From: Acidobacteriota bacterium
Lineage (GTDB): Bacteria > Acidobacteriota > UBA890 > WLXD01
Direction of reading: 5' to 3'
Assembly: GCA_963666055.2 (NCBI GenBank)
Contig: CAXWPH010000015.1
Location: 256,001 to 320,000, forward strand
Length of the DNA stretch: 64,000 nt
The notes beneath the pieces were generated by a model. That model did no database searches. It worked only from the letters and a program-made list of their open reading frames with translations, and was not told the DNA's origin. The position numbers were made by a program, and so were the translations under genes. Each line of letters opens with the position of its first letter. The first letter of the stretch is position 1. Of this stretch, positions 1 to 11,533 are shown piece after piece.

Positions 1-1245
1 GCCGAGATCGTTGATGTCGGCGCGCGTGTAGTTGAACATCAACCGCACGTTGGGGTTCCAGTACCAGTTGAGTCCGGCGGTGAACGCTGCGAGCACACCG
101 AGCCCCGTTTCTGTGCCCTCGCTCAGATCGGCGCGAGCGTAGCGCGCCGCGATCTCCCAGGCTCCGGAGCCACCGTCCAGGAAGTTGTGCTTCGGTTTCA
201 GCCGATCGAACAGAGTTCCTGTGTAGGGTCGGGACTCCCCGGTGATGAAGTAGCTTCCCTGCACGTACCAGCCGTTGAGCGAGGGATCGTTGCGCTCGAC
301 CGATTTCACCCACGCTTGCACGTACTCTCCCTGTAGCCCGAGGGAGCCGACGTTGGCCGACACCTCGCCCTGCAGGTAGTCGGCCGAGGTCGCCGGGACC
401 ACGAGCTGCACGAGCTTCGGAGCTGTGTGCACGTCTGGACGCAGGTCGAGCGTCAAAGCACCGTCGACGAGCTTGTGCGTATAGGCGACTCCCAGGTGCA
501 AGAGCTTGCGCCCGTCGTCCTGCAGGATCGGCGCGTGGGTGACACGGCCGCTGAGGTTGTAGTTGTCTCCCACCGCTGCGGCGAAGCCGTCGGTCTGGCG
601 GAACACCCCTGCCGACCAGCTGGTGCGCCCGCTCATGACCTTCTCCACCCGTACCCCGAAGTTGCGGTCGGGTGAGAAGACGATCGCCAGCGAGCGCTCC
701 ATGAAGGTGATGAAACGGCTGCTGGTCTGCGCCTCGAGGCTCCACGGCTCCTTCTGGTGGCCGAGGCGCAACGTCATCGGAAGATTCCGCACTCCGAGGT
801 ACATGTCCCTGACCTCGGCCTGGCCACCGGCGAAGTCGAGCTCGAACTTGTAGTCCACGCTGCCGTACATGTAGCCCAGAAGGTGCAGCCTCCCGCGGCG
901 CACCTCGGTGGTGTTCTCGAGCTTGCCGAAACGGCCGCCGAAGGCGTCCTCGTCGGCGAAGAACGCGGTGTCGAGGTGAACGCGGCCGCCGATCTGGAGC
1001 TGAAACCGCTGGTCGGCGGTTTCCATGCGCAGGCCATCGTGCCAGAACACGCGGATGTCGTTGGGGTCCTTGTCGGGTTCTTCCTGCTCGCCGGCGACCC
1101 GCAGGGGGCGCTCCGGACGATGCCCTGCAGCGTCAGCGCTTCCTGCGTTGCTCTGAGCCAGCACCGCGCCCGGGACAGCGAATGGCAGCGCTGCGACGAT
1201 GAGAATCCTGAGAAGCTTCGCTGGCGCCGGAATCATCGAGCTCAT
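1..1245 (-). CDS. Phosphate-selective porin, OprO/OprP family (3' end runs off window)
   Basis: Hand-translated; absent from the ORF track. ATG at 1245 with AAGAAGG RBS and signal peptide. Motifs VFWHDGLRMETADQRFQLQIGGRVHLD, EVRRGRL, YKFELDFAGG, KEPWSLEAQTSSRFITFMERS, WEIAARY, GLNWYWNPNVRLMFNY. Confidence 0.85.
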   Translation of the reverse strand, partial: MSSMIPAPAKLLRILIVAALPFAVPGAVLAQSNAGSADAAGHRPERPLRVAGEQEEPDKDPNDIRVFWHDGLRMETADQRFQLQIGGRVHLDTAFFADEDAFGGRFGKLENTTEVRRGRLHLLGYMYGSVDYKFELDFAGGQAEVRDMYLGVRNLPMTLRLGHQKEPWSLEAQTSSRFITFMERSLAIVFSPDRNFGVRVEKVMSGRTSWSAGVFRQTDGFAAAVGDNYNLSGRVTHAPILQDDGRKLLHLGVAYTHKLVDGALTLDLRPDVHTAPKLVQLVVPATSADYLQGEVSANVGSLGLQGEYVQAWVKSVERNDPSLNGWYVQGSYFITGESRPYTGTLFDRLKPKHNFLDGGSGAWEIAARYARADLSEGTETGLGVLAAFTAGLNWYWNPNVRLMFNYTRADINDLG

Positions 1246-1300
1246 GACCTTCTTATCGTACCGAAGTCGGCGCCCACCAATCGGCATCGAATCGTACTGA

Positions 1301-1332
1301 CATCTGATGATTAGCTTGTTAGCATCTGATGC
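1301..1332. promoter_or_regulatory. Two copies of the inverted repeat CATCTGATG, probable antitoxin operator
   Basis: CATCTGATG at 1301-1309 and 1323-1331, directly before the antitoxin ATG at 1333. Confidence 0.6.
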
Positions 1333-1569
1333 ATGGCAAGGACCACGGTGGATATCGATACGCCGGTATTGCAGGAGATCAAGAAGCTGCAACGTGCCGA
1401 AGGTAAGTCACTTGGACGGCTCGTATCGGATCTCTTGAGCGAGGCGCTCGCGGGGCGCACCAGCAATTCTGTTGTGCGAGAGCTGCAGAGGACGGTGCAA
1501 GACATGCGTGCGCTCGTCGACATCGGCGACAAGGACGCGCTGCACGCCGCTCTCGACAACGACTCGTGA
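1333..1569 (+). CDS. vapB: VapB-like antitoxin (RHH-type)
   Basis: MARTTVDID N-terminus; 78 aa; overlaps the PIN toxin by GTGA. Confidence 0.8.
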   Translation: MARTTVDIDTPVLQEIKKLQRAEGKSLGRLVSDLLSEALAGRTSNSVVRELQRTVQDMRALVDIGDKDALHAALDNDS

Positions 1570-2003
1570 GCTTTGCCGTCGACGCCAACATCCTGCTGTA
1601 CGCATCCGACACCGGCTCGCCGTTTCACCAGCGGGCAGGGGAGTTCTTGCGCCAGCGGGTAGGTGGCGCCGAGCTCTTCTGCCTCGGTTGGCCGACGCTG
1701 ATGAGCTATCTGCGCATCGCCACCCACACCCGTATCTTCGCAAACCCCCTGACACCGGCGGCGGCGGTCGCCAACGTGGAGTCGCTGCTGTCACTGCCCA
1801 ACGTGCGCGTCCTGGGCGAAGGCGACCGATTCTGGGAGTGCTACGGTGAGGTCACCCGCGGAGTCGTGGTACGCGGCAACCTGACGCCCGACGCACATCT
1901 GGTCGCCCTGCTGTTGGAGCATGGTGTGCCGGTGCTGTATTCCAACGACACCGATTTCAGCAAGTTCTCGGGAATCCGCGCGCTGGATCCTTTCGCGTCC
2001 TGA
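1566..2003 (+). CDS. vapC: VapC PIN-domain toxin
   Basis: AVDANILLYA, DAHLVALL and SNDTDFSKF PIN motifs. Confidence 0.9.
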   Translation: MSFAVDANILLYASDTGSPFHQRAGEFLRQRVGGAELFCLGWPTLMSYLRIATHTRIFANPLTPAAAVANVESLLSLPNVRVLGEGDRFWECYGEVTRGVVVRGNLTPDAHLVALLLEHGVPVLYSNDTDFSKFSGIRALDPFAS

Positions 2004-2070
2004 AGCATCGAACGCCTGGCTCGCCTGGCCTGCTAGGCTATGCCGGCGTTCCCACCGACTCTGAGCCCGT

Positions 2071-3027
2071 ATGACCTTTCTCGCTCTCGCCCTCGGTCTG
2101 GTTGCCCTTTACTGGGGTGCGGAGTGGCTTGTTCGGGGAGCCTCGCAGATCGCGCTGTCTCTGCGAATCTCCCCGCTGGCGATCGGTCTCACCGTGGTGG
2201 CTTTCGGTACGTCGATGCCGGAGATGGTGGCCGGCGGTGTGGCGGCCTGGCGCGGTAACACCGACATCGTTCTTGGCAATGTCTTGGGCAGCAATATCGC
2301 CAACATCGGATTGATCCTGGGGATCGCGGCGCTGCTGCGCCCGATTCCGGTGCACACACGATTGCTACGGCGCGAGATGCCACTCATGCTCGCAGCCACG
2401 GTGCTCGTATACGTGCTGGCTAGCACCGGTGAAATTGGCCGTATGGCCGGCGTCGGTCTGCTCGGCGCCCTGCTGGGATTCACCTGGCTGACGCTGCGCT
2501 GGGCGCGCCGCGAGACCGGGCTTGCGGGCCCGGCAGCAGACGACGAGGGTACCGGAGCGGCTCCAGGTTCAACCGCTCCGGTCCGTCTGGGAATCGAATG
2601 CGGCCGGGTCATTGTCGGTCTCGTCGGCCTCGGCGTTGGCGCGCAGCTGCTGGTCGGCTCGGCGCTGACGCTGGCGCGTGCGTTCGGCGTCAGCGAGTTC
2701 GTGATCTCGGTGAGCGTGGTGGCGCTGGGGACGTCGCTGCCGGAGTTGGCGACCTCGGTAGTGGCCGCGCTGCGTGGCGAGACCGACGTGCTGGTGGGCA
2801 ATATCGTCGGCAGCAATATCTTCAATCTGCTCGGCGCGCTGGGCGTCGGGGCGATGATTCGTGCGCTCCCGGTTGCCGGCGAGATCGTCGCCTTCGATAT
2901 TCCGGCGGTGCTGGCATTCAGCGTTGCCATGACCGTCGGCCTTGGATTGCACCGGGCCATGGTGCGCTGGGAAGGTGCGCTGCTGCTTGCCGGTTACGCC
3001 GCTTACCTCGGCAGGCTTGTCCTGTAA
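2071..3027 (+). CDS. Calcium/sodium antiporter (YrbG/CaCA family)
   Basis: Two alpha repeats: GTSMPE..GSNIAN and GTSLPE..GSNIFN. Confidence 0.92.
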   Translation: MTFLALALGLVALYWGAEWLVRGASQIALSLRISPLAIGLTVVAFGTSMPEMVAGGVAAWRGNTDIVLGNVLGSNIANIGLILGIAALLRPIPVHTRLLRREMPLMLAATVLVYVLASTGEIGRMAGVGLLGALLGFTWLTLRWARRETGLAGPAADDEGTGAAPGSTAPVRLGIECGRVIVGLVGLGVGAQLLVGSALTLARAFGVSEFVISVSVVALGTSLPELATSVVAALRGETDVLVGNIVGSNIFNLLGALGVGAMIRALPVAGEIVAFDIPAVLAFSVAMTVGLGLHRAMVRWEGALLLAGYAAYLGRLVL

Positions 3028-3155
3028 ACAAACGGGTGCGCGGCGTAAATTGGCCGGACGGCTCCCGACTACGTGGAGCGCGCCCCGCGCCTGGACTATT
3101 GTGGGAACCTTGCAGGCGCTGTTAGCCGACCCCTAAGGGAACTTCTGGAGGACCC

Positions 3156-4766
3156 ATGCGACGCACCACATCGCGGATCGTCACGCCCCTCATCCTGTTG
3201 CTCGTTGCCGCGCTGGCGCCGGGCGTTGCAACGAGCCAAGAACAAGGCCTGGGCGAGGTGGAGTTCGCCAACTCGGGGGCGCCGGAAGCCCAAGAACAGT
3301 TCACTCGTGGCCTGCTGCTGCTGCACAGCTTCGAGTACGACGATGCCCGCGAGGCGTTTCAGGCGGCCCGGGAGATCGACCCTGACTTCGCCATGGCCTA
3401 CTGGGGCGAGGCGCAGACCCACAACCATCCGATCTGGCAGCAGCAAGATAGGGACGCGGCGCGCGCCGCGCTGGCGAAGCTCGGCCCGACGGCCGAGGCG
3501 CGTTACGCCAAGGCGGGCACCGAGCGCGAGCGCGACTACCTGCACACGGTCGAAGTGATGTACGGCAACGGCACCAAGCGCGATCGCGACTACGCGTACA
3601 GCGACGCCATGCAGCAACTCATGCGCAAGTACCCGGACGACGCCGACGCGCGCGCCTTCTACGCGCTGTCGATCCTCGGCACCTGTCACGACGGCCGTGA
3701 TGTGAAGCGCTACATGAAGGCCGCCGCCGTCGTCGAGGAGGTCTACGCGAGCAACCCCGAGCACCCGGGTGCGCTCCACTACCTGATCCACTCCTACGAC
3801 GATCCGACCCATGCGCCTCTGGGGCTGCGGGCCGCGCGGCTGTACTCCGAGGTGGCACAGCGCGCCGGTCACGCTCTTCATATGCCGACGCACATCTTCA
3901 TCGCGCTGGCCATGTGGGATGAGGTTGCGGGGCTGAACGAGGAATCCTGGCAGGCCTCGTTGCGACGCCAGCAGCGCAAGGGCCTCGGCAAGGCTTCGCG
4001 TGGCTATCACGCCCGGATGTGGGAGCATTACGCCTTCCTGCAGCAAGGCCGCTATGACGCGGCGCGTGCGTTGATCGACGAGTTCGTTGCCGAACTGGGG
4101 ACCGACGGCGAGAGCCCCGGGTTGCGCGGCGCGCTCGGCGCCATGCGCGCGGCGCACATCGTCGCCACCGGTGGGGATGATCTGGCCGCTATCGCCAGCG
4201 ACCTCGATGTTGGCGGCGCCACGCGGGCAAGCCATCAGTACGCTCAGTTGGTCGCCGCACTGGCGCGCGGGGGTCGCGGTGCCGCGGAGGCTGCGCTGCG
4301 CGATGTGTCTGCAATGCTGGGCAGCTCCGATGGCGGCGATTGGCGGGGACGCAATGCCCCGAGCCGTATCGTGGAGCTGGAGATGCGCGCGTTGCTGGCG
4401 CTGGATGCAGGAGATACGGACGGCGCCATCAAGCAGCTCGAGGAGGCGACAGCGATCGAAGACGAGCTGCCGTTTACCTTCGGGCCACCGGTGCCGGTGA
4501 AGCCGGCCCATGAGTTGCTGGCGGATGTCTTGCGCCAGACTGGCGACGCGGCGGCAGCTATCGCGCACTACGACCGTGCCCTGGAACGCACCCCGGGTCG
4601 CGCGCTTACTATGCTGGGGCTGGCGCGTGCCGCCGGCGCGGCCAACGAGAACTCACGCGCTGCCACAGCGTACGCACAGCTGCGCGACAGCTGGGCCAAT
4701 GCCGACGCTGACCTGGCCGATCTAGCCGAGATCCGCGAGGCAACGGCGACCAGCGACGAGCGCTGA
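3156..4766 (+). CDS. Secreted TPR-repeat protein
   Basis: Signal peptide; DPDFAMAYWG, HPGALHYLIHSYD, HALHMPTHIF; C-terminal TPRs; GGAGG RBS. Confidence 0.8.
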   Translation: MRRTTSRIVTPLILLLVAALAPGVATSQEQGLGEVEFANSGAPEAQEQFTRGLLLLHSFEYDDAREAFQAAREIDPDFAMAYWGEAQTHNHPIWQQQDRDAARAALAKLGPTAEARYAKAGTERERDYLHTVEVMYGNGTKRDRDYAYSDAMQQLMRKYPDDADARAFYALSILGTCHDGRDVKRYMKAAAVVEEVYASNPEHPGALHYLIHSYDDPTHAPLGLRAARLYSEVAQRAGHALHMPTHIFIALAMWDEVAGLNEESWQASLRRQQRKGLGKASRGYHARMWEHYAFLQQGRYDAARALIDEFVAELGTDGESPGLRGALGAMRAAHIVATGGDDLAAIASDLDVGGATRASHQYAQLVAALARGGRGAAEAALRDVSAMLGSSDGGDWRGRNAPSRIVELEMRALLALDAGDTDGAIKQLEEATAIEDELPFTFGPPVPVKPAHELLADVLRQTGDAAAAIAHYDRALERTPGRALTMLGLARAAGAANENSRAATAYAQLRDSWANADADLADLAEIREATATSDER

Positions 4767-4858
4767 GCCCGGTAGCAAGATCACCTCGGCCGCGAGGTCG
4801 CGGCCGGCGAGGCACAGGTATGCTTTGCCGCACACAGCTGTTGCACCCTCGTCCTGGT

Positions 4859-4887
4859 GAAACTATAGTTATAACTACTCTAGTTTC
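4859..4887. promoter_or_regulatory. AT-rich palindrome, probable PadR operator
   Basis: GAAACTA..TAGTTATAACTA..TAGTTTC upstream of padR. Confidence 0.55.
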
Positions 4888-4947
4888 TGACAAGTCATTC
4901 TTCACGCCTGTGGCCGGGGCTTCCGGGTCGCCGGACCTCCTGGAGCT

Positions 4948-5325
4948 ATGCTCTCCGTGCAAGGTAACGCCATCACAGAACGATCGGCGGAGTCCCTGAT
5001 TCCGCTCAGCAACCTCTCGTTCCACGTGCTGTTGGCGTTGGCCGACAAGGCCGCCCACGGCTATGCCATCGGCAAGGAGATCGAGGCGCGATCACGCGGC
5101 AAGCTGAAGCCCACCACGGGGGCTCTGTACCAGGCGCTCCACCGCCTCGACGCCAGCGGCCTGGTGGCGTCAGCCGGTGCTCCCGCGGGTGCTACCTGTG
5201 ACCCGCGGCGCAAGTACTTCTGTCTCACCCTGCTCGGGCACGAGGTTATGAATCTGGAGGCAACTCGACTCGCGGAGCTGGTGGCGGCCGTACGCGCCAA
5301 GTCCCGGGCACCCGAGCGCTCCTGA
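4948..5325 (+). CDS. PadR-family transcriptional regulator
   Basis: HGYAI..GALYQALHRL..RRKYF.LT..G; precedes an ADOP permease. Confidence 0.88.
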   Translation: MLSVQGNAITERSAESLIPLSNLSFHVLLALADKAAHGYAIGKEIEARSRGKLKPTTGALYQALHRLDASGLVASAGAPAGATCDPRRKYFCLTLLGHEVMNLEATRLAELVAAVRAKSRAPERS

Positions 5326-5334
5326 GGACTCGCC

Positions 5335-7995
5335 GTGAGCCGATTGCTGTTTCGCCTCCTGGTGGCGCTGTATCCGCGCGGCGTTCGACGCGATTACGGC
5401 GCCGCCATGCTCGAAACGCTGCATCAGCGCCTCGCCGAGCGCTTGGCGCGTCCGATTCGGCAGCGGCGCCTCGTCTTCGTAATTCGCGAGTCGGCCGGGT
5501 TGCTCACTGGCGCCGCGCGGCAGTGGGCCGATGCGCTATGGCGCGGCATTCTCCCAACCAGCGCTCACCGTTCCCCAAGGATCGTGCGTGTCATGTTCGG
5601 CTTTCCGCAGGACCTCCGATATGCGTTCCGAGACCTGCTCGGCAACGCTTCGTTTTCCGTCGTTGCCATCGTTACCATTGCGCTCGGGGTGGGCGCTAAC
5701 ACGGCGATCTTCAGCGTTGTCAACGCGGTCTTGCTGCAGCCTCTACCCTACGCCGAGCCCGATCGTCTGGTCCGCATCTGGCCCGGCGAAAACGTCACCA
5801 AAGCGCTCCATCAGCGGCTGCAGAAGGAGTCGACCGTCTACATCGACACCACAGTCTGGTCGGGCTGGGGCTTCACCATAACCGGCGTCGAAGAGTCCGA
5901 GTCGGTCTCCGGTGGCGTGGTGGCCACCAACCACTTCGACGTGCTCGGCGAGCAACCTTTGCTCGGCCGTTCGTTCCGTGCCGAGGAATCGATTCCCGGC
6001 AATCACGACGTGGTGGTGCTCAGCCACGGCCTGTGGCAACGGCGATTCAGCGCCGATCCCGACATCGTCGGTCGGAGAGTGGACATTGGCAACGAACACG
6101 CCACATCCCGGCGCGTGATCGGGGTGATGGGCGCCGATCAGCGGCCCCTGGGCGAGGAGTGGGAGCTCTGGACGCCGCTGCCGATCGACCCTGGCCGGGA
6201 GGACGACTACTACCACTCGTGGTACTTGCAGGCAGGAGGTCGGTTGAGGCCGCAGGCAAGCGTTGCCGAGGCGTCGGCCGAGCTCGCCGCGTTGCTCGTT
6301 CGGCTCAGAGCCGACGAGCGGTTGGGCCTGGACCGAAAGGATGATCTGCCGCTGGCGCGCGTCGTCGGACTGCACGAGCACACGGTGGGATCGGTGCGCA
6401 CGACGCTGTTGGTACTGCTGGGCGGAGTCGCCCTGGTGCTGCTTGTCGCGTGCACCAACGTTGCCAATCTGCTGCTGGCTCGTTCGGCAGCTCGTCGCCG
6501 CGAGCTCGCCGTACGCGCGGCGCTAGGCGCCGGACGCGGGCGCCTACTGGCGCAATTGCTCACCGAGTCCGGGCTTCTGGGTATGGTCGGGGGAGCGACG
6601 GGGGTGCTGTTGGCCACCCAGCTCGTCGGATTCGTAGCGCGGTGGATGCAGGGCACCTTGCCGAGGGCGGAGGCGATCACGGTGGACGTTGTGGTGCTCG
6701 CTTATGCCTTTTCCATATCCATCCTCGCGGGCCTCTTGTTCGGGGCTGTGCCCGCCTTTCGCACCATGAGCGGCGACTTACGAGAATCGCTCGGTGACGG
6801 AGCACCCGGTGGTGGAGGCAGCCTCGCGAGTATGCGCACGAACCAGGTCCTGGTGGTTGCGGAGGTGGCGCTGTCGTGTGTGCTCGTGGTGGCGGCGGCA
6901 TTATTGGTGCGCAGCCTGACGCAGCTGTGGGCGGTGCCGGCGGGATTCGATGCTCGCGATGTGGTGACCATGCGCGTCACCGCTCCGGGCTCGCGCTACC
7001 CCGAGGGCCCGCAGCAGCGCCAGTACTGGGCGCAGGTGATGGAACGGATTGCCGCCGCTCCGGGCGTGGAGAAAACCGGCGCGATCCACCTCTTGCCGCT
7101 TGACGCCGGTAACTGGAGCTTTTCGTTTTTGGCCGAGGGACAAGAGGCGGAGGAGGGGCACCCCTTGCCGGTGGCCAACTTCCGTGTGGTGGCGGCGGAC
7201 TACTTCCACACCATGGCCATCCCGCTGGTCGACGGCCGGTTGTTTGACGAGCGTGACGGACCTGATTCTGCGGACGTGGTGATCATCAACCAGCGCTTTG
7301 CCGATCAGTACTGGCCGGGCGAGTCGGCGATCGGCAAGAACGTGGCGCTGTTCGGCAACCAGAACCGCGAGGTGGTGGGTGTGGTTGGCGACGTACGCCA
7401 GCTGCGGCTCCACTGGCCGGCGTTGGTGAGTGTGTATCGGCCGACTGGCCAACATCCGCTGGCCAGCATGGTGGTGGCAGTACGCTTGCAACCGGGAGCC
7501 GCCATCGCGCCGGTGTTGCAGGCGATTCGATTGCTGGATCCGCAGGTGCCGATCTCCGGCATCCAGAGCATGCGTGAGGTGATGGGCGGCTCGCTTGGCC
7601 GGGAGCACTTTTCCGCCTGGTTGCTGAGCGGTTTCGCGGCCTTGGCGTTGGCGCTCGGAGCGGTAGGCGTGTACGGCGTCATGTCCTACGTGGTCAGCTG
7701 TCGTACCCGTGAGATCGGCATCCGCGTGGCGCTCGGGGCGCCGGCGGGCACCGTGGTTCGGGACGTCATGGTTGGTGGGATGGGGCCGGTGTTGATCGGC
7801 GTCGTTGTGGGGCTCGGCGCAGCGCTTCTTGCCAGCCGGCTGCTGGCGAGCATGCTCTTCGGCGTCGAGCCCAACGACCCGGCGATCTATGCTGCGGTGG
7901 GGGCCACGATGCTGCTTACCGCTTTGCTTGCCGGTGTCCTCCCGGCCCGGCGGGCGGCGCGCGTCGATCCAATTGTTGCGCTACGCGCCGACTGA
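5335..7995 (+). CDS. ADOP-family duplicated ABC (MacB/FtsX-like) permease
   Basis: [63 protein letters not shown]. Confidence 0.92.
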   Translation: MSRLLFRLLVALYPRGVRRDYGAAMLETLHQRLAERLARPIRQRRLVFVIRESAGLLTGAARQWADALWRGILPTSAHRSPRIVRVMFGFPQDLRYAFRDLLGNASFSVVAIVTIALGVGANTAIFSVVNAVLLQPLPYAEPDRLVRIWPGENVTKALHQRLQKESTVYIDTTVWSGWGFTITGVEESESVSGGVVATNHFDVLGEQPLLGRSFRAEESIPGNHDVVVLSHGLWQRRFSADPDIVGRRVDIGNEHATSRRVIGVMGADQRPLGEEWELWTPLPIDPGREDDYYHSWYLQAGGRLRPQASVAEASAELAALLVRLRADERLGLDRKDDLPLARVVGLHEHTVGSVRTTLLVLLGGVALVLLVACTNVANLLLARSAARRRELAVRAALGAGRGRLLAQLLTESGLLGMVGGATGVLLATQLVGFVARWMQGTLPRAEAITVDVVVLAYAFSISILAGLLFGAVPAFRTMSGDLRESLGDGAPGGGGSLASMRTNQVLVVAEVALSCVLVVAAALLVRSLTQLWAVPAGFDARDVVTMRVTAPGSRYPEGPQQRQYWAQVMERIAAAPGVEKTGAIHLLPLDAGNWSFSFLAEGQEAEEGHPLPVANFRVVAADYFHTMAIPLVDGRLFDERDGPDSADVVIINQRFADQYWPGESAIGKNVALFGNQNREVVGVVGDVRQLRLHWPALVSVYRPTGQHPLASMVVAVRLQPGAAIAPVLQAIRLLDPQVPISGIQSMREVMGGSLGREHFSAWLLSGFAALALALGAVGVYGVMSYVVSCRTREIGIRVALGAPAGTVVRDVMVGGMGPVLIGVVVGLGAALLASRLLASMLFGVEPNDPAIYAAVGATMLLTALLAGVLPARRAARVDPIVALRAD

Positions 7996-8070
7996 TCGAC
8001 CGTAGCCCTCGGGTGCGCTTTCGTGACAGACTTGCCGCGTCGCCAGATCGCCCCACTACGGAAGACGACG

Positions 8071-9388
8071 ATGGCATGGAAACCAGTTGCCCCGATTGCC
8101 GCGGTGCTCGCGTTGAGCGCCATGGTCGGCGTCGACGCCGCCGGCCCGACTGTGGCTCGCGGGACGTCGGCCGCGGACGAAGTGCAGATGATCCCGGTGG
8201 AAGGCGAGGCGGCGCGCTACTGGACCCGCTGGCGCGGGCCATCGGGACAGGGTCTGGTCACCGGAGGCGGCTACGTCGACACCTGGTCGGACACCGACAA
8301 CGTGCTATGGAAGGTCGCTGTTCCGGGGCGCGGCAACTCTTCGCCGATCGTGTGGGACGATCGGATCTTCCTAACCAGCGCCACCGAGCGCGGAGCGCGG
8401 GTGGCCTTGCTGGCGTTCGATCGCAGCGACGGTCGTCTGCTGTGGGAGGCGGCGCCGGCGCGCGCGCCGGTGGAACGCGCGCACGAAAAGAACGGCCACG
8501 CGTCGGGGACGCCGGCCACCGACGGCGAGCGCGTCTATGCCTACCTGGGCAACCATGGCCTGATAGCGACCGACATGCGAGGGGAGATCGTCTGGCATCG
8601 CGACTTCGGCCAGATCCACGCATCGCACGGTACGGCGGGCTCCGTCCTCCTGTACCGCGATCAGGTGATCTTCTACCAGGACATGCAGCGCGGGTCGCAG
8701 GTGCGTTCGTTCATTGCCGCGTTGGATGCGCGCAGCGGCGAGACCGTGTGGTGGACGGACCGGAAAGAGGACACCGGCTGGGGAACGCCTATCGCCATCC
8801 GTGTCGGCGACCACGACGAGATCGTGGTCAGCAGTCAGTACATGGTCTACGGTTACTCGGCGAGCACCGGAGAGCAGCTCTGGAACGCCGGTGGCAACCT
8901 GTTCGAGGTCATTCCGACCCCCGTGGTCGGGCACGGTCTGGTGTTCTCCTCGTCGGGACGTGCCGGGCCGACGCTGGCGATCCGGCCGGGCGGGCGGGGC
9001 GACGTCACCGAGAGCCACGTGGCCTGGAGCAGCCCCAAAGGGTCGCCGTTCGTCCCCTCGACTCTGCTGTACGGCGAGAACCTCTACATGATCAACGACA
9101 TTGCTTCGGTGCTGACCGCCTACCACGCTCCCAGCGGAGAGGTTCTGTACCAGGGGCGGCTGGGGGCGGGCGCAGCGCGAGAGCTTCTCGGCATCGCCGG
9201 TGGTATTCGACGACAAGGTGTTCTTCACCAACGACGCCGGCGAGACGTTCGTGCTGGCGGCGGGCGACGAGTTCAGGCTGCTGCACGTGAACCGGATCGG
9301 GGAGCGCACGCTGGCGTCGCCGGCGCTCGTCGACGGACGGTGGTACGTGCGCACCGAGCGACACCTCCTGGCGCTGGGCGGCGCCTAG
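8071..9388 (+). pseudogene. PQQ-like beta-propeller repeat protein, frameshifted near 9165-9180
   Basis: WTRWRGP, GNSSPIVW, ASGTPATDG motifs; the C-terminus (FSASPVV..ASPALVDGRWYVRT..L) continues in another frame to TAG 9388. Confidence 0.75.
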
Positions 9389-9487
9389 CAGGCCACACTT
9401 TCACCACGGCCTGCTAGCGTCCCATCTTGTATCTGACCCTAACTCGCCGTAGCCAGGCCAGCCAAACTTGCACCGCGGCCTGCTGGT
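9385..9487. repeat. Two short members of the CTAG-bounded repeat family
   Basis: CTAGCAGGCC-ACACTTTCACCAC-GGCCTGCTAG (9385-9417) and ..AACTCGCCGTAGCCAGG..CACCGCGGCCTGCTGG (9423-9487). Confidence 0.75.
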
Positions 9488-9614
9488 GGACCGACCGGCC
9501 GCGAACTGGTAGCGTCAGTGACGCTCCGGGTCTCCCCCAACAAGACGTCCGCTTTCCGGGTTCAGGGTTAGCAGGCCGACGTGCCAGCAGCGCAGATCCC
9601 GCCCTCTTCGTTGA

Positions 9615-11409
9615 TCATGATGACGAACGAGGGGCGTCGTGGAACTGTGAACGGTACAGATTTGCATAAAGCCCGTCACCCGCCAGCAGTTCGGCGTGGC
9701 GGCCGATCTCAGCGATGCGCCCATCGTCCATTACGACGATGACGTCGGCTCGCACCACCGTTGACAACCGATGCGCGATGACGATCGACGTGCGTCCTTG
9801 CAACAGGGTCCCGAGGGCCTGCTGAATGAGCGCCTCGGTTTCCGAGTCGAGCGACGAGGTGGCCTCGTCGAGGATCAGGATCTCCGGGTCACGAAGGATC
9901 TCTCTCGCGATCGCCAGGCGCTGACGCTGTCCGCCCGAAAGCCTCACGCCACGCTCACCGATGAGCGTATCGAACTGGTCGGGCATGCGCTCGATGAACT
10001 CGAGCGCGTTTGCGGCACGCGCCGCCTCGCGGATGCGCTCGATCGTGGCGCCCTTGGTGCCGTACGCGATGTTGTCGCCGACGCTCCGATCGAACAAGAA
10101 GATCTCCTGCGGCACCAGCCCGACGTGGCCTCGATACCAGCGCAGGTCGAGCTCACGCAAGTCGTGGCCGTCGATGCGCACGGTGCCGTGGGTCGGATCG
10201 TAGAAACGCGGCACGAGGCTGGCGAGGGTCGTCTTACCGGCTCCCGATCGTCCAACCACGGCTACCATGGTGCGCGCCTCGACCTCCAGATCGAGGCGTC
10301 GTAGCACCGGTTGGCCCGCCAGATACTCGAACTCCACCTGGTCAAACGTGATCGTGCCCGCGATTCGGTCGGGTCGCCGTCCGTCAGGTGGCGAGACGAT
10401 CTCCGGCGCGGTGTCGAGCACCTCGTAGATGCGCTCCAGCGAAGCTAGCGAGCGCTGCAACCGCGGATTCAAGCGCGTCAGTCGGCCGACCGCGCCGAAC
10501 ATCTGCATCCGGTACATGAAGAATGCGAACAGGCCTCCGACGGTGAAGTCGCTGGTGACGATCAGGTAGACACCGCCAAGCACGATGATCGTCGGCGCCA
10601 CGCCGCCAATTAGACTGAACACGTTGTTGGTCCACAACGAGAACATGTCGCGCCGCACTTGCGCTCGCACGCTGGCGTGCAGCACGTGCATGAAGCGCAG
10701 CGACTCGCGTCGCTCCGATGCCGTCGCCTGTACCAGTTGATGGCCTGAGAGCGACTGATGCAGCGACTGGCTGACGATCGTCCATTGCTGGCGCGTTGTC
10801 TTCGAAAGCAGTCGCAGGCGCGGCGAGATGAGGAACTGAAAACCGAAGATCACCACGGCCAGCAGCAGGCCGCCGCTCGCCATGCGCCACTCGATGTAGA
10901 AGAGCATGACCATGTAGCCGAGGCCGCGAATGACGTCGACAGCGCCGCGGGCGAAGGTGTCGGCCATGACGCCCTCGAGGTTGTCGACGTCGTCCATCTG
11001 GCGCGACATCAGCCAGCCGGTCTCCTTGTCGTTTGTAGTACCGCAGCGACAGGGCCTGCATGTGGAGGTAAAGGCTGACCCGCAGGTCGCGGAGGACCTT
11101 GTTGTGGAGCAGTGCGGCGGCGTAGCCGATGCCGAGCCCGAGCAGCACGCTCAGGGCGGTCATGGCGATCAGCACGAGGCCCCAGAAGAGCACCTCGTCG
11201 GGGCTCGATCGCTCGACCGCATCGTCCACCACGCGGCGCACGATGAGCGGCGATACGAGCGACAGCGGCGTGCTCAACAGCAACAGGCCGAAGATCGTCC
11301 ATGCGTACCTGCGGTGCGGACGCACCCACGGCCAAAACCGCGCTACCAGTGGCCAGGCGCGGAGCTTGGTATCTTCCGCGGTTCGTGCTGCCGACGGCGC
11401 CTCGGTCAT
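9615..11409 (-). pseudogene. MsbA-like ABC exporter (permease + ATPase), frameshifted near 11030
   Basis: N-terminal TM part in the 10384..11469 frame and the rest in the 9615..11009 frame; Walker A GRSGAGKT, LSGGQRQR, LDEATSSLD. Confidence 0.85.
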
Positions 11410-11533
11410 GCGGCGACCATAACAGCCGGGCTCATTGCGGCGCTGTCGGTCGCCGCAGCACGGCGCCACGGAGCGTCGATGCGCCCGTGTGCCTTATGCT
11501 GTAGAAACGTTCCACCACAGGAGTGTTGTTACC

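Noticed and set aside
427-1314. Plus-strand ORFs of the track, and other long antisense ORFs such as 3096..4568, 29567..31111 and 56387..58054
   Set aside because: These are shadow frames of recognisable genes in GC-rich DNA, with no motifs of their own.
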